Source: Spirochaetia bacterium
GTDB lineage: Bacteria; Spirochaetota; Spirochaetia; DSM-2461
NCBI GenBank assembly: GCA_963668315.1
Contig: OY764216.1
Location: forward strand, 2,656,001 to 2,720,000
Direction of reading: 5' to 3'
DNA: 64,000 bases
This document shows, piece by piece, positions 33,742 through 44,275 of the stretch (positions are counted from its first letter, which is position 1; every line of letters begins with the position of its first letter). The position numbers and the translations under genes are program-made. A model generated the notes under the pieces. It made no database searches and was not told the DNA's origin. It saw only the letters and a program-made list of their open reading frames with translations.

Positions 33742-33899
33742 TCCTCGTCAATAGGCTCCCGCAGGAGAAAAAGCCACAGGGCTTCTGTACAATAGGATTA
33801 TTATATAATAGATCCTGTATTCTTGAGAATACTACCCATATAGGAGGAAATTGTCTAGACTTAACCCCCCGGGTCCTTTAATGTCTTCACTTGTATTCT

Positions 33900-34814
33900 T
33901 TATTTGTCTTTTTTGTACAGGCACACGCGGTTCTTACCCGTTTCTTTAGCCTGATACATGGCCGTATCCGCCTGGACCAGAAGCTGATCTACCGACAGAG
34001 TTGATTCGGATATGGTGGACACCCCTATACTGATGGTGATGGACACATTTTTTTCGTCGTTGAAACGGGTCACCTGATTTTCCACAAGGCAGCGCAGCCG
34101 GTCGGCGAAGGAAATGGCCCCTTCTCCCTCTGAATTGGCCAGAATAATGCAGAATTCCTCCCCGCCGAACCGGGCCAGCACATCGCTGCCCCTTATGACC
34201 GTGGAACAGAGCCCGGCCAGATTAATCAGAATCCGGTCTCCGAAATGATGTCCGTAGGTGTCGTTTACTTTCTTGAAGTCGTCTATATCGAAAATGATCA
34301 GGCTGAAAGGGCTGCCGTGGCGCTTGTAGCGAAGCAGTTCTTCCGTGAGGCGCTCATCCAGATAGCGGCGGTTGTGTATTCCCGTCAGACTGTCCTGCTG
34401 GGTCAGTTCCTTGAGGTTCCTTTCCAGATAGACATTCTCCGTTACGTCCTGGACCGTCAGAACGATCCGGGTGATTTTCCCCTCTTCTCTAATGGGCGTC
34501 ATGGTACAGCTCTGCTGCATCTGATCGAAGTAGTCGGCATAGATTCCCGTCGCATGAAAGGGGAAGAGATAGTTATGGAGCTTCTGTGAAAAGAAAACGT
34601 AGTTTCCGAATTTCATCACCGCCTTGCAGCTTCTGAGAAAATGGGGGGTGCTCAGATTGGGAAAGCGGGTAAAGAGGCTTTCCCCCACCATATCCGTTCT
34701 GTCGTATCCGCTGTGTATCTCCATCCAGCGGTTCCAGTGATAGACCCGGTAGCATCCGTCGATAATGACGATTCCCATATTTAAAACATCCAGTACCTGA
34801 TCCTGATCCTTCAC
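33900..34814 (-). CDS. PAS-GGDEF diguanylate cyclase
   Basis: DSLTGIHNRR, DIDDFKKVNDTYGH, RGSD I-site, RFGGEEF. Confidence 0.95.
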   Translation of the reverse strand: MKDQDQVLDVLNMGIVIIDGCYRVYHWNRWMEIHSGYDRTDMVGESLFTRFPNLSTPHFLRSCKAVMKFGNYVFFSQKLHNYLFPFHATGIYADYFDQMQQSCTMTPIREEGKITRIVLTVQDVTENVYLERNLKELTQQDSLTGIHNRRYLDERLTEELLRYKRHGSPFSLIIFDIDDFKKVNDTYGHHFGDRILINLAGLCSTVIRGSDVLARFGGEEFCIILANSEGEGAISFADRLRCLVENQVTRFNDEKNVSITISIGVSTISESTLSVDQLLVQADTAMYQAKETGKNRVCLYKKDK

Positions 34815-35455
34815 TGCCGGTTCTCCTGGAAATGGCTCAGGGCCTTCTTCAGATATTCCGCCGCGTCGGCCCGGTTGATGAGAAAAAGATGACCCGCGAC
34901 TCTTCGGTCTTCAAAGGCGAAGTGGGTGCTTATGGATATGAAGGGAGTCTCCTCCGAACTGTGCGCCTGCCGGAATACTTTGCTGAACTGCCGTCCCTGG
35001 ATACACTGGGGAGGCAGGTAGGAGATGCGGCTGTTGATGAAATCAAAGAATCGGCCCACACAGGCCCCTATGAGAATGTTCCCGATCTCCAGAAGCACTT
35101 CCTTTTCGAGATTAATCAGTTCGTCCGACTGAAAGGAGGTCGTATCGGGATGGCGGAAGTAGGAAAGAAGCTCCTTTTCGATTCCCCAGGGGAAGATAAG
35201 CATAACCCTTCCATGGAAATCTCCGAAATACTCCTGATGGATAATATTGCATGTTCCGAAGTCCTTGATATCGTGGTTCAGCTGGGAAATCAGATCATTC
35301 CCGGAGAGAATTTCTATTTCCGGGATATTCAGTTTGACAAATATATCCATGACCTCCGCCAGGTCGGCCGTGGCCGATCCGAAGGACATGTTCATCGTCT
35401 CCCGAAGAGCATCAAGTTCCAGTTCGCTAAACAGGTTATTCTTCGAACTATCCAT
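34811..35455 (-). CDS. CheC-like phosphatase
   Basis: Two ExxN motifs (DALRETMN, LLEIGNILIGAC). Confidence 0.85.
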   Translation of the reverse strand: MDSSKNNLFSELELDALRETMNMSFGSATADLAEVMDIFVKLNIPEIEILSGNDLISQLNHDIKDFGTCNIIHQEYFGDFHGRVMLIFPWGIEKELLSYFRHPDTTSFQSDELINLEKEVLLEIGNILIGACVGRFFDFINSRISYLPPQCIQGRQFSKVFRQAHSSEETPFISISTHFAFEDRRVAGHLFLINRADAAEYLKKALSHFQENRQ

Positions 35456-35832
35456 CAGAGCCCTCTTTTCCGGATTCCTTCCAGCACCTTGAAGAGGTCT
35501 TCCTTCCGGGGAAGTTTATTTATGACATCCTCAGCTCCCAGGGAAAGGCACAGCTCCACCGCTTTTCTCTGTGTATCGGCGGTAAGAATGTAGATGGGCT
35601 TCTCCCCATTGATGGCCTTCATCGACTTAAGGGCTTCGTAACCGTCTATGACCGGCATGGTCAGATCCAGCAGGGTAAGATCGGGAATCTCCTTCTTATA
35701 AAGGGCAATACCCTCTTCGCCGTTTTCCGCTTCAAATAATTCGATCTGTTCATCGAATTCTCTGATGATGGACATGATTAACATGCGGGCTACTCTGGAA
35801 TCGTCAACGACTAAAACTTTCATCTCAATCAA
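35455..35832 (-). CDS. single-domain (CheY-like) response regulator
   Basis: VLVVDDS, LLDLTMP, LTAD, K-L-P. Confidence 0.93.
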   Translation of the reverse strand: MIEMKVLVVDDSRVARMLIMSIIREFDEQIELFEAENGEEGIALYKKEIPDLTLLDLTMPVIDGYEALKSMKAINGEKPIYILTADTQRKAVELCLSLGAEDVINKLPRKEDLFKVLEGIRKRGL

Positions 35833-35950
35833 TCCTTATTTTCACATTTCAGTATTTCTATTTCAATTAAAGTCTAGGACCTGGGGAGGCATAAGTCAAA
35901 CGAATCAAAAAAATGTTGAATCCCTTCTGCTAATAGGTTAGGATAAGTCC

Positions 35951-36661
35951 ATGCGTATACTGATTTCCACAGACATTCATTCCAATATCCTGGCCGCCGA
36001 AGAAGCGGACAGGAAAGCGGCGGAACTGGGGGCCGACCTTCATGTTAATCTGGGGGATTCCCTGGATATCGGGCCCTGGCCCGAAGAGACCCTTCAGTTT
36101 CTGCGCAGCAGGAATGTCGTCATGGTAAAGGGGAATCATGAGGAGTACCACTGTAGCGACGGATTCGGACCGGTTATCGACAAGAGGATGGGAGAGGACG
36201 AGAGAAGCCATTATGAGTGGACCACCAGTCAGCTCTCCGCCGATTCCATTGACTTCCTGGAAAATATGCCCTACGGCCACAGCTACAGGGAGGGGCCTCA
36301 CCACTTCCGCTTCCAGCATTTTCCCCTGAAAAACGGACGTGTCTGCGAACCCTGGATTGAAACGGACGAGCCGGGACTCTCCGAGGCGTTCGGAGCCGGG
36401 AAGGGGGAGATCTGGTTTTTCGGCCATATCCACCGTTATGTCGATGCCGGAGCCGATCCCCGGTTCATCTGCCCCGGAGCCACGGGGATTTCCCAGTATG
36501 CCGAAGACGGCCGGATCGTCATGACCCTTACCGTAGAGGGGGAGCGCTACCGCCTTGAACGGCACCGCCTGGAATGGGATTTGGACAGGGTGAAGAAAGA
36601 GGTAATACGGGTCAACCGGAGCAACCGGAACTGGCTCCTCGACCACATGTATAAAGGCTGA
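35951..36661 (+). CDS. metallophosphoesterase (calcineurin-like)
   Basis: DIHSN, LGD, GNHE, GHIH. Confidence 0.9.
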   Translation: MRILISTDIHSNILAAEEADRKAAELGADLHVNLGDSLDIGPWPEETLQFLRSRNVVMVKGNHEEYHCSDGFGPVIDKRMGEDERSHYEWTTSQLSADSIDFLENMPYGHSYREGPHHFRFQHFPLKNGRVCEPWIETDEPGLSEAFGAGKGEIWFFGHIHRYVDAGADPRFICPGATGISQYAEDGRIVMTLTVEGERYRLERHRLEWDLDRVKKEVIRVNRSNRNWLLDHMYKG

Positions 36662-36692
36662 TCCTCCCGCAGACACCCGGGCGGGATTCTGA

Positions 36693-38576
36693 TCAGAACA
36701 GGGAGGCAATCTCCTTCTTATACTCCTCGGCGATGACATGTCTCTTCATTTCCATCTTCGCCGACAGTTCCCTGCCCGTTTCAAAGGCTTTCCGAAGTAC
36801 GGCAAAACGGAAAATCCTCTCGAAGGGGCGAAAGCCGTTCTTATCGCATATCAGCCGGCTGATTTCGCCTTCCAGCAGTTCCAGAATCGTCGCCACATCG
36901 CAGAGATGGTTCCGGTTTTCATAGGCAATATTGTTAAGCCGGGCGTACTCCTCCAGTCTGTCGTAGTCGGGGACGATGAGGGCTCCCAGATATTTCTGAT
37001 CCTGTCCCACTATCACCGCCTGGTCGATATAGGGGGATTCGGTCAGCTTCATCTCCATGGGGACCGGTTCCACGTTCTCTCCGCCCAGCAGGACAATGGT
37101 ATCTTTCTTCCTGCCCACGATCTTCAGCTCGCCGTGAATCGTTTTGATCCCCAGGTCGCCCGTATCGAACCAGCCCTCTTTATCGAGTACTTCCCTTGTG
37201 AATTCGGGCTTCTGGAAATAGCCCGCCATGACCTGGGGCCCCCTGATCAGTACGGCGCCTTTTTTTCCGGGGGGGAGCTCGTTCCCCTGTTCATCGACAA
37301 CCCTGATTTCCGTCTCCTGCGGATAGGGCCGCCCGACGACGCCCATGACCGGATGATGCTGGGGCGTGAAGGCCGCCACCGGCGCCGTTTCCGTCAAACC
37401 GTATCCTTCGAGAAGCTGTATCCCTATGGCCTGGAAAAAGCGGTAGAGCCGGGGGGGCAGGGCGCCCCCGCCGGAAAGCCCCGCTTTGAGGCGGGAGCCG
37501 GTCTTCTCCCGTATTTTGCTGAAGAGGAGGAGATCTCCCAGTTTTCTCAAGGGGTAGAGAAGGAGCCAGAGGGGCGGGTAGACAATATAGAGGGGCAGGG
37601 TGAATTTCTTCCTGAAATCGGCCACGCAGCCCCGCAGACGGTTTTCCATGGCCTGGTGGACCATCGCCAGGGAGAGAAAGAAACGGAACAAGAGCCAGGC
37701 TGTTTTTCCCTTTGCCTTGATATTCCGCAGGATACTCGTCTCCATGGCCGACCAGATACGGGGAACCGAGGCTATCCACTGGGGATTGAGTTCCTGAAAA
37801 TCCATGAGCATGATCTTCCCCACCGGGCGGGAGTAGGCGATGGCATTGACCGCTCCTATGGCTATGTACTGGACGATCCTCTCGAAGGAGTGCCAGACGG
37901 GAAGCACGCTCAGCCAGATATCGTCCACCGCCAGATCGGCCTGGGTGTGGATATCCCTGATCTGGCAGAGAAAATTTTCGTGGGAGAGCATAACCCCCTT
38001 CGGTTCTCCCGTAGTGCCCGAGGTGTAGATCAGAGTCGCCAGATCCTTTCCCCTCTCCTCTCTTATGATGGGTGTCAGATAGTTCCGTTCCCCCTTGTCC
38101 GCCCCCTCTTTCAGAAGCTCTCCATAGCTCAGAAGCTTCCAGGATACCCGGGGCGGCTCTTCGGGCCAGTCGATAAGGATAATCTTATCCAGATAGGGAA
38201 GTTCCTTTTCGTAGGGGATGATTTTCTCCAGCTGAGCGGCATTTTCCATAACGGCCACACGGCATTCGGAAAAATCGAGTATGTAAAGAAGCTCCCCCGT
38301 CATGGTATCGCTTCCCCGCGGCACATCAGCCGCCCCCAGGGAGAGTATCGCCAGATCCGTGGTCAGCCACTCTTTTCTGTTATCCGAAATCAGTCCGACC
38401 CTGTCCCCTTCCTTAATCCCCAGATGGGAGAGGCTCCAGGCCAGGTCTTCGACTTTCTCGTAGAGTTCTCCATAGGTCCTGGGTTTGAAATGACCGGCAT
38501 CTCCTTCCCGGCTGTACTGGCAGATATGGTCGGGATCTTTAATCACTGTTTCTAAAAAAAGAGAGGGGATCGTCAT
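36693..38576 (-). CDS. long-chain fatty acid-CoA ligase (AMP-binding)
   Basis: YTSGTTGEPKG, EGYGLTET, GWFDTGDLG, GRKKD. Confidence 0.94.
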   Translation of the reverse strand: MTIPSLFLETVIKDPDHICQYSREGDAGHFKPRTYGELYEKVEDLAWSLSHLGIKEGDRVGLISDNRKEWLTTDLAILSLGAADVPRGSDTMTGELLYILDFSECRVAVMENAAQLEKIIPYEKELPYLDKIILIDWPEEPPRVSWKLLSYGELLKEGADKGERNYLTPIIREERGKDLATLIYTSGTTGEPKGVMLSHENFLCQIRDIHTQADLAVDDIWLSVLPVWHSFERIVQYIAIGAVNAIAYSRPVGKIMLMDFQELNPQWIASVPRIWSAMETSILRNIKAKGKTAWLLFRFFLSLAMVHQAMENRLRGCVADFRKKFTLPLYIVYPPLWLLLYPLRKLGDLLLFSKIREKTGSRLKAGLSGGGALPPRLYRFFQAIGIQLLEGYGLTETAPVAAFTPQHHPVMGVVGRPYPQETEIRVVDEQGNELPPGKKGAVLIRGPQVMAGYFQKPEFTREVLDKEGWFDTGDLGIKTIHGELKIVGRKKDTIVLLGGENVEPVPMEMKLTESPYIDQAVIVGQDQKYLGALIVPDYDRLEEYARLNNIAYENRNHLCDVATILELLEGEISRLICDKNGFRPFERIFRFAVLRKAFETGRELSAKMEMKRHVIAEEYKKEIASLF

Positions 38577-38731
38577 GGAACAGCTCCTCGTTTATAGGTT
38601 ATGGATAGTATTCCCTGAGCGGACACTAAGTAAATTTTAAGGGATTAACCGGGAAAAAGCCAATGGAATCGTTTGACAGGGGAAGGGGCCGGGTTGAAAA
38701 TTAAACTAGAAAGTGAATAGAGGAGGGCGTT

Positions 38732-39919
38732 ATGGCATCCTTTCGGGAGTATCTCACCGATCAGATCGATCAGGTTAAGGAGCAGGGTCTTTATAAAGAC
38801 GAGAGGGTTCTCGCCTCTCCCCAGCAGGCGGAGATAACCCTGGCGGGCGGGGCGCAGGTCATCAATTTCTGCGCCAATAACTACCTGGGGCTATCCAACC
38901 ATCCCGAATTGGTAAGGGCGGGGAAAGAGGCGCTGGACAGGTACGGGTTCGGCCTCTCCAGCGTGAGGTTCATCTGCGGCACCCAGGAGATCCACAAGGA
39001 GCTGGAAGCGGGGATCTCCTCCTTTCTGGGGACTGACGACACCATTCTTTACTCCTCCTGCTTCGATGCGAACGGCGGGCTTTTTGAAACCCTGCTGGGG
39101 CCGGAGGACGGCATTATCAGCGACTCCCTGAACCACGCCAGCATCATAGACGGCGTCCGGCTCTGCAAGGCTCGGAGGTTCCGCTATGCCAACAGGAATA
39201 TGGCCGATCTGGAGGAGAAGCTGAAGGAGGCCCGGGACTGCCGGTTCCGGCTCATCGCCACGGACGGCGTTTTTTCCATGGACGGGATCATCGCCGACCT
39301 GAAGAGCATCTGCGACCTGGCCGACAAATACGACGCCCTGGTGATGGTGGACGATTCCCATGCGGTCGGATTCATGGGGCCTGAGGGCCGGGGAACTCCC
39401 GAGTTCTGCGGTGTGGCGGACCGGGTGGATATCATCACGGGAACCCTGGGTAAAGCTCTCGGGGGCGCTTCAGGCGGGTATACCTCGGGGCGCAAGGAGA
39501 TAATCCAGTGGCTCAGGCAGAGGTCCCGGCCCTACCTTTTTTCCAATACCCTGGCTCCGGTCATCGCCGCCACCGGTCTCAAAACCCTGGAGCTGCTGGA
39601 AAGGGATCCGGCCCCGAGGAGGCGGCTCTTTGAGAATACCGCCTACTTCAGGGGTGCCCTGAGCGGGGAAGGCTTCAGAATCATCGAAGGCACCCATCCC
39701 ATCGTTCCCCTTATGCTGGGCGAGGCCGCTCTGGCGGGTAGAATGGCCGATTTGCTTCTGAAAAAGGGAATCTACGCCATCGGCTTTTCCTATCCGGTGG
39801 TGCCCCGGGGCGAGGCGCGCATCCGCTTTCAAGTCTCCGCCGTCCATACAAGGGATCATCTGGATAAAACCATTGAAGCCATCGGAGAATCCGCCCGTGA
39901 ACTGGGAGTCATGAAATGA
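38732..39919 (+). CDS. kbl: glycine C-acetyltransferase (2-amino-3-ketobutyrate CoA ligase)
   Basis: [48 protein letters not shown]. Confidence 0.97.
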   Translation: MASFREYLTDQIDQVKEQGLYKDERVLASPQQAEITLAGGAQVINFCANNYLGLSNHPELVRAGKEALDRYGFGLSSVRFICGTQEIHKELEAGISSFLGTDDTILYSSCFDANGGLFETLLGPEDGIISDSLNHASIIDGVRLCKARRFRYANRNMADLEEKLKEARDCRFRLIATDGVFSMDGIIADLKSICDLADKYDALVMVDDSHAVGFMGPEGRGTPEFCGVADRVDIITGTLGKALGGASGGYTSGRKEIIQWLRQRSRPYLFSNTLAPVIAATGLKTLELLERDPAPRRRLFENTAYFRGALSGEGFRIIEGTHPIVPLMLGEAALAGRMADLLLKKGIYAIGFSYPVVPRGEARIRFQVSAVHTRDHLDKTIEAIGESARELGVMK

Positions 39920-40938
39920 AAGCCCTGGCCAAAACGAATAAAGAGAAGGGCATCTGGATGATCGACGCACCGGAGCCTGTCATGGGTCCGAACGATCTCC
40001 TCATCGGCATAAGGAAAACGGCCATATGCGGTACCGATATCCATATCTACGACTGGAATCTCTGGGCGCAGAAAACGATACCCGTCCCCATGGTGACCGG
40101 CCATGAGTTCAGCGGGGTCGTACTGGACATGGGCAGCGAGGTCACCGGCTTCTCTCCGGGCGACCGGGTGTCCGGTGAAGGGCATATCACCTGCGGCCAC
40201 TGCCGGAACTGCCGGGCGGGGAAGCGCCATCTCTGTCATAACACGGTCAGCGTGGGGGTTACCCGGACGGGCTGTTTCTCCGAAAGGTTCGTCCTCCCCG
40301 CCGGGAACGCCTTCAAGCTGGACGATTATATCTCCGATGACCAGGCGGCCGTCTTCGATCCCCTGGGAAACGCAGTGCATACCGCCCTGGCCTTTGACCT
40401 GGTGGGTGAGGATGTGCTGATCACCGGAGCGGGACCCATCGGCATCATGGCGGCCCTGGTGGCAAAGCATGTGGCCGCCCGCTATGTCATATTGACCGAT
40501 GTCAATCCCTTCCGGCTGGAACTGGCCCGCTCTCTGGGGCTCAGCCATGTGGTGGATGTGTCGAAGGAGAAGCTCGAGGACGTCATGTCCGAACTCCATA
40601 TGCTGGAGGGGTTCGATGTGGCCCTGGAAATGTCCGGCAGCCCTGCGGCCCAGAAGGATATTTTCCGGCTCATGAACAACGGGGGGCGGGTCGCCCTCCT
40701 GGGACTTCCCGACGGGGAGTGTCCAGTGGACTGGAACCAGATCATCTTCAAAGGTCTTGAACTGCGGGGCATCTACGGGCGGGAAATGTTCGAGACCTGG
40801 TATAAAATGGCCGCCATGATCCGTTCCGGGCTGAATATCGACGGGATTATCACCCACCATTTTTCCATAGACGATTATGAAGAGGCTTTCAGGCTGATGG
40901 CGGGAGGCCGGTCGGGAAAAGTCATTCTCGAGTGGTAG
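39916..40938 (+). CDS. tdh: L-threonine 3-dehydrogenase
   Basis: [39 protein letters not shown]; overlaps the kbl stop. Confidence 0.97.
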   Translation: MKALAKTNKEKGIWMIDAPEPVMGPNDLLIGIRKTAICGTDIHIYDWNLWAQKTIPVPMVTGHEFSGVVLDMGSEVTGFSPGDRVSGEGHITCGHCRNCRAGKRHLCHNTVSVGVTRTGCFSERFVLPAGNAFKLDDYISDDQAAVFDPLGNAVHTALAFDLVGEDVLITGAGPIGIMAALVAKHVAARYVILTDVNPFRLELARSLGLSHVVDVSKEKLEDVMSELHMLEGFDVALEMSGSPAAQKDIFRLMNNGGRVALLGLPDGECPVDWNQIIFKGLELRGIYGREMFETWYKMAAMIRSGLNIDGIITHHFSIDDYEEAFRLMAGGRSGKVILEW

Positions 40939-40977
40939 ACCGGAGCTTTCAAGGTTCCGGGAAGTCTCCGTTTTCTG

Positions 40978-41009
40978 TAGACGACATCATCATATTGTGT
41001 TACGATGAT
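40978..41009 (+). promoter_or_regulatory. sahR-ahcY promoter with overlapping palindrome (candidate SahR operator)
   Basis: TAGACG-17-TACGAT with TG extension; ATCATC-N12-GATGAT at 40986-41009. Confidence 0.55.
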
Positions 41010-41014
41010 ATGAT

Positions 41015-41959
41015 ATGAACGATTTCGCTCTTTCCGATATACTTAAAGCTTCATCCGATTCCACGCGCCTCCGCATAATGCTCATCCTCCATGAGGACGA
41101 GCTGGCTGTTAACGAGATCGTGGAGATTCTGGAGATGAATCAGTCCGCCGTCTCCAATCAGCTCTCCTTCCTGAAAAAAGCGGGTATTGTAAAAAACAGG
41201 AAGGAGGGCAAACGAATCTACTATTCACTGGTTGATGATATAATCAAAGGGCCCTCCTCCTCCCTTTTTTCCGAAATATTCAACCGGGGCAGAGAGGAGA
41301 ATTCTTTCCATCAGGATCTGAACGCCCTGAAGTCGGTTCTGAACAAAAGACGGGAGGAGTCGCTCTCCCGGTTCTCACGGAGAAAAAACCGGACCGGCCC
41401 CTGCCCCGGCGAGTCCTGGGAGGGATTTGCCCGGGGATTCATCGGTCTGGTCGAAGAGCGGCGCATCGCCGATCTGGGCTGCGGTTCGGGCCGTCTGGCC
41501 GCCCTTCTCGCGGCGGGGGGTAACCGGGTCACCGGTTTTGACAACGACAGGGAGCAGCTCGAACTGGCCCGGGGCCTTGCCGATGACTGCGAGGGACGCC
41601 TTGATTTCCGTTACTGGGATATCGAGAAGGAGAATCCCGATTCGGAGAAAGAGCTCTTTGATCTGGCCATACTCTCCCAGACGCTTCATCATCTGACCAA
41701 TCCCGCCAGGGCTCTCAAGGTTGTCAGCTCCATGGTCAGACCCTCCGGGCGGCTTCTGATATTCGATATCGCCCAGCACGGCGAGGAGGGATTCAAGGAG
41801 CTTTTCGGCGATTTCTGGCTGGGCTTCGACCCGGCGAGGCTGACCCGCTGGCTGGAAGAGGCGGGCTTTGAGAATATCCGTATTCACCGGCATCAGACCG
41901 ATGTGGATTATAAAGAGATTGAGTCGCTGATTGTCATGGCGTATAAACCGGACAGTTGA
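41015..41959 (+). CDS. sahR: ArsR-HTH + SAM-methyltransferase-fold regulator (SahR-like)
   Basis: SDSTRLRI...QSAVSNQL..LK HTH; DLGCGSG; SQTLHH; WLGF; directly upstream of ahcY. Confidence 0.85.
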   Translation: MNDFALSDILKASSDSTRLRIMLILHEDELAVNEIVEILEMNQSAVSNQLSFLKKAGIVKNRKEGKRIYYSLVDDIIKGPSSSLFSEIFNRGREENSFHQDLNALKSVLNKRREESLSRFSRRKNRTGPCPGESWEGFARGFIGLVEERRIADLGCGSGRLAALLAAGGNRVTGFDNDREQLELARGLADDCEGRLDFRYWDIEKENPDSEKELFDLAILSQTLHHLTNPARALKVVSSMVRPSGRLLIFDIAQHGEEGFKELFGDFWLGFDPARLTRWLEEAGFENIRIHRHQTDVDYKEIESLIVMAYKPDS

Positions 41960-41974
41960 TGAAAGGAGGAGAGT

Positions 41975-43384
41975 ATGGGGTATCAGGATCTGCCGTATAA
42001 GGTAAGGGACATTTCTCTGGCCGATTGGGGAAGAAAGGAGATCGGCATCGCCGAAAAGGAGATGCCCGGTCTGATGGCCACCCGGGAAAAGTACGGGAAG
42101 ACGAAACCCCTCGCGGGCGTCAGAGTGATGGGCAGCCTCCATATGACCATCCAGACAGCCGTACTCATAGAAACCCTCAAAGAACTGGGCGCCGATGTGC
42201 GGTGGTGCTCCTGCAATATCTTCTCCACACAGGACCACGCGGCGGCCGCCATCGCCGAGACGGGAACCCCCGTATTCGCCTGGAAAGGGGAGACCCTGGA
42301 GGAGTACTGGTGGTGTACCCGCCAGGCGATAACCTGGCCCGACGGTTCCGGTCCCCAGCTGATCGTGGATGACGGCGGGGATGCCACGCTTTTTCTGCAC
42401 ATGGGCTATTACGCCGAAAAGGATCCCTCCCTGCTGGACGTGAAGCCCGGCAGCGAAGAGGAGCGCATTATCCTGGCCGCTCTGAAGGAGACCCTCTCCG
42501 AGTCTCCCGGCTGGTTTGCCCGAGTCGTTCCCCAGTGTAAGGGGGCCAGCGAGGAGACCACCACCGGAGTCCACCGGCTCTATCAGAGGGAGAGGGAGGG
42601 CTCTCTGCTTTTTCCCGCGGTCAATGTGAATGATTCGGTCACGAAAAGCAAATTCGACAACCTCTACGGCTGCCGCCACTCCCTGGTCGACGGCATCAGC
42701 CGCGCCATGGATGTGATGCTCTCGGGCAAGACGGCCATGATATGCGGCTACGGCGACGTGGGCAAGGGGTCCGCCGACTCCCTGGCCGGCCAGAAGTGCC
42801 GCATCCTCACCTCAGAAGTGGACCCCATCTGCGCCCTCCAGGCCTGCATGGCGGGCTATACGGTCTGTACCGTGGATGACGCCCTTCCCCTGGCGGATAT
42901 CTACGTCACCACCACGGGCAACTGCGATATCATTACCGCCGAACATATGAGCCGTATGAAGGACCAGGCCATCGTGTGCAATATCGGACATTTCGATAAT
43001 GAGATCCAGGTGGCCCGCCTTGAAACCTGGCCGGGCATCGTCAAGACCAATATCAAGCCCCAGGTGGACATGTACACCTTCCCCGACGGCCACTCCATCT
43101 ACCTTCTGGCATCGGGACGGCTGGTAAACCTGGGATGCGCCACGGGTCATCCCAGCTTTGTGATGAGCAACTCCTTCACGAACCAGACCCTGGCGCAGAT
43201 AGATCTGTGGACTCAGCCAAAAGAGGTCGGGGTGTATCGCTTGAGCAAGGAGCTGGACGAGGAAGTGGCGAGGCTCCATCTGGAGAAACTGGGCGCCCGT
43301 CTGACGACTCTGACACAGAAGCAGGCCGACTATATCGGCGTGAAGCCGGAGGGGCCTTACAAGCCGGAACATTACCGCTACTGA
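41975..43384 (+). CDS. ahcY: adenosylhomocysteinase
   Basis: [53 protein letters not shown]. Confidence 0.98.
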   Translation: MGYQDLPYKVRDISLADWGRKEIGIAEKEMPGLMATREKYGKTKPLAGVRVMGSLHMTIQTAVLIETLKELGADVRWCSCNIFSTQDHAAAAIAETGTPVFAWKGETLEEYWWCTRQAITWPDGSGPQLIVDDGGDATLFLHMGYYAEKDPSLLDVKPGSEEERIILAALKETLSESPGWFARVVPQCKGASEETTTGVHRLYQREREGSLLFPAVNVNDSVTKSKFDNLYGCRHSLVDGISRAMDVMLSGKTAMICGYGDVGKGSADSLAGQKCRILTSEVDPICALQACMAGYTVCTVDDALPLADIYVTTTGNCDIITAEHMSRMKDQAIVCNIGHFDNEIQVARLETWPGIVKTNIKPQVDMYTFPDGHSIYLLASGRLVNLGCATGHPSFVMSNSFTNQTLAQIDLWTQPKEVGVYRLSKELDEEVARLHLEKLGARLTTLTQKQADYIGVKPEGPYKPEHYRY

Positions 43385-43564
43385 TTCTCACCGGGACTGC
43401 TGCCGTGCGGTTCGGGAAATGACGTGGCGCGTCTTTTCCCGCTCCTTCCTTTCGCAGCCCCGGCCCTTCGGGCGGCGGTAACGGCCCGGGGGCTTCATTG
43501 CGGCAGGCTCACGGTACTTTTGTACCGCTTCGCCTTTGCGGCTTCGCCCGCGAACCGTTTCCAT

Positions 43565-43743
43565 TCGTGAGAATGTACGCTTTGGTTCGGGTAGTCGCGG
43601 GAGAATTGTTCTACATGCCTCGCGGTTCCTGCGGAACTGGCCGGGGGGGGGTCGGGTTGTTTCGGCTCGTGAGAATGTACGCTGTGGTTCGGGGCATCGC
43701 GGGAGGATTGTTTTGCGTGCCTCGCGGTTCCTGCGGAACTGGC
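43565..43743 (+). repeat. two-copy tandem repeat, period 102 bp
   Basis: TCGTGAGAATGTACGCT...GCCTCGCGGTTCCTGCGGAACTGGC at 43565-43641 and 43667-43743. Confidence 0.9.
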
Positions 43744-43780
43744 TTGGGGCGGCGGGGAGCGTTTAATTCTTTTTAGTGTA

Positions 43781-44275
43781 TCATTGCTCCAGGGGGGGCA
43801 TTTCTATCAATTCAGTATAATCTATAGTAATAATTTTTTCTTCGGCTTTATCTATGCCGTATATAGTAAGGTAGGTTAATTCATTTCCCGATTCGTCGGC
43901 GGTGAATTCCACCAGGTAATCCTCGAATTCACCTCCATCCAGACTCAACTCACTGTCCCCGAAGAAATGGAAAGGGCAGATTTTTTCTTTTATGATGGCG
44001 TCGATAATCGTTTTGTCCGAAGAGTCCAGCAGAAACAGATAGATGAAATTCCCATAGGAAAATCTCTCTATCAGAAAACCCGCTTTTCCGTATGTTCCTA
44101 TACCGATATGATTCGCTTCTTCCTGCGTATAGGAGAGTCTTTTTCCTTGAAATTCTGCTGTATTTCCAGAGAAGTTTCTTAATTCATTCAACGAAATTTG
44201 ATCTTGTCCCATGGCGGTACCGCACACTCCCGAGAATAACAAAATAGAGAGAAGAACTCTTTTTAGACGGTTCAT
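43781..44275 (-). CDS. hypothetical exported protein
   Basis: Signal-peptide-like N-terminus; AT-rich; acidic C-terminus. Confidence 0.7.
   Translation of the reverse strand: MNRLKRVLLSILLFSGVCGTAMGQDQISLNELRNFSGNTAEFQGKRLSYTQEEANHIGIGTYGKAGFLIERFSYGNFIYLFLLDSSDKTIIDAIIKEKICPFHFFGDSELSLDGGEFEDYLVEFTADESGNELTYLTIYGIDKAEEKIITIDYTELIEMPPLEQ

Noticed and set aside
40939..41974. SAH or SAM riboswitch for ahcY
   Set aside because: There is no room or motif for one; a protein regulator occupies the upstream position.
43565..43743. CRISPR array
   Set aside because: Only two long units, the intervening sequences are homologous rather than unique spacers, and there are no cas genes.
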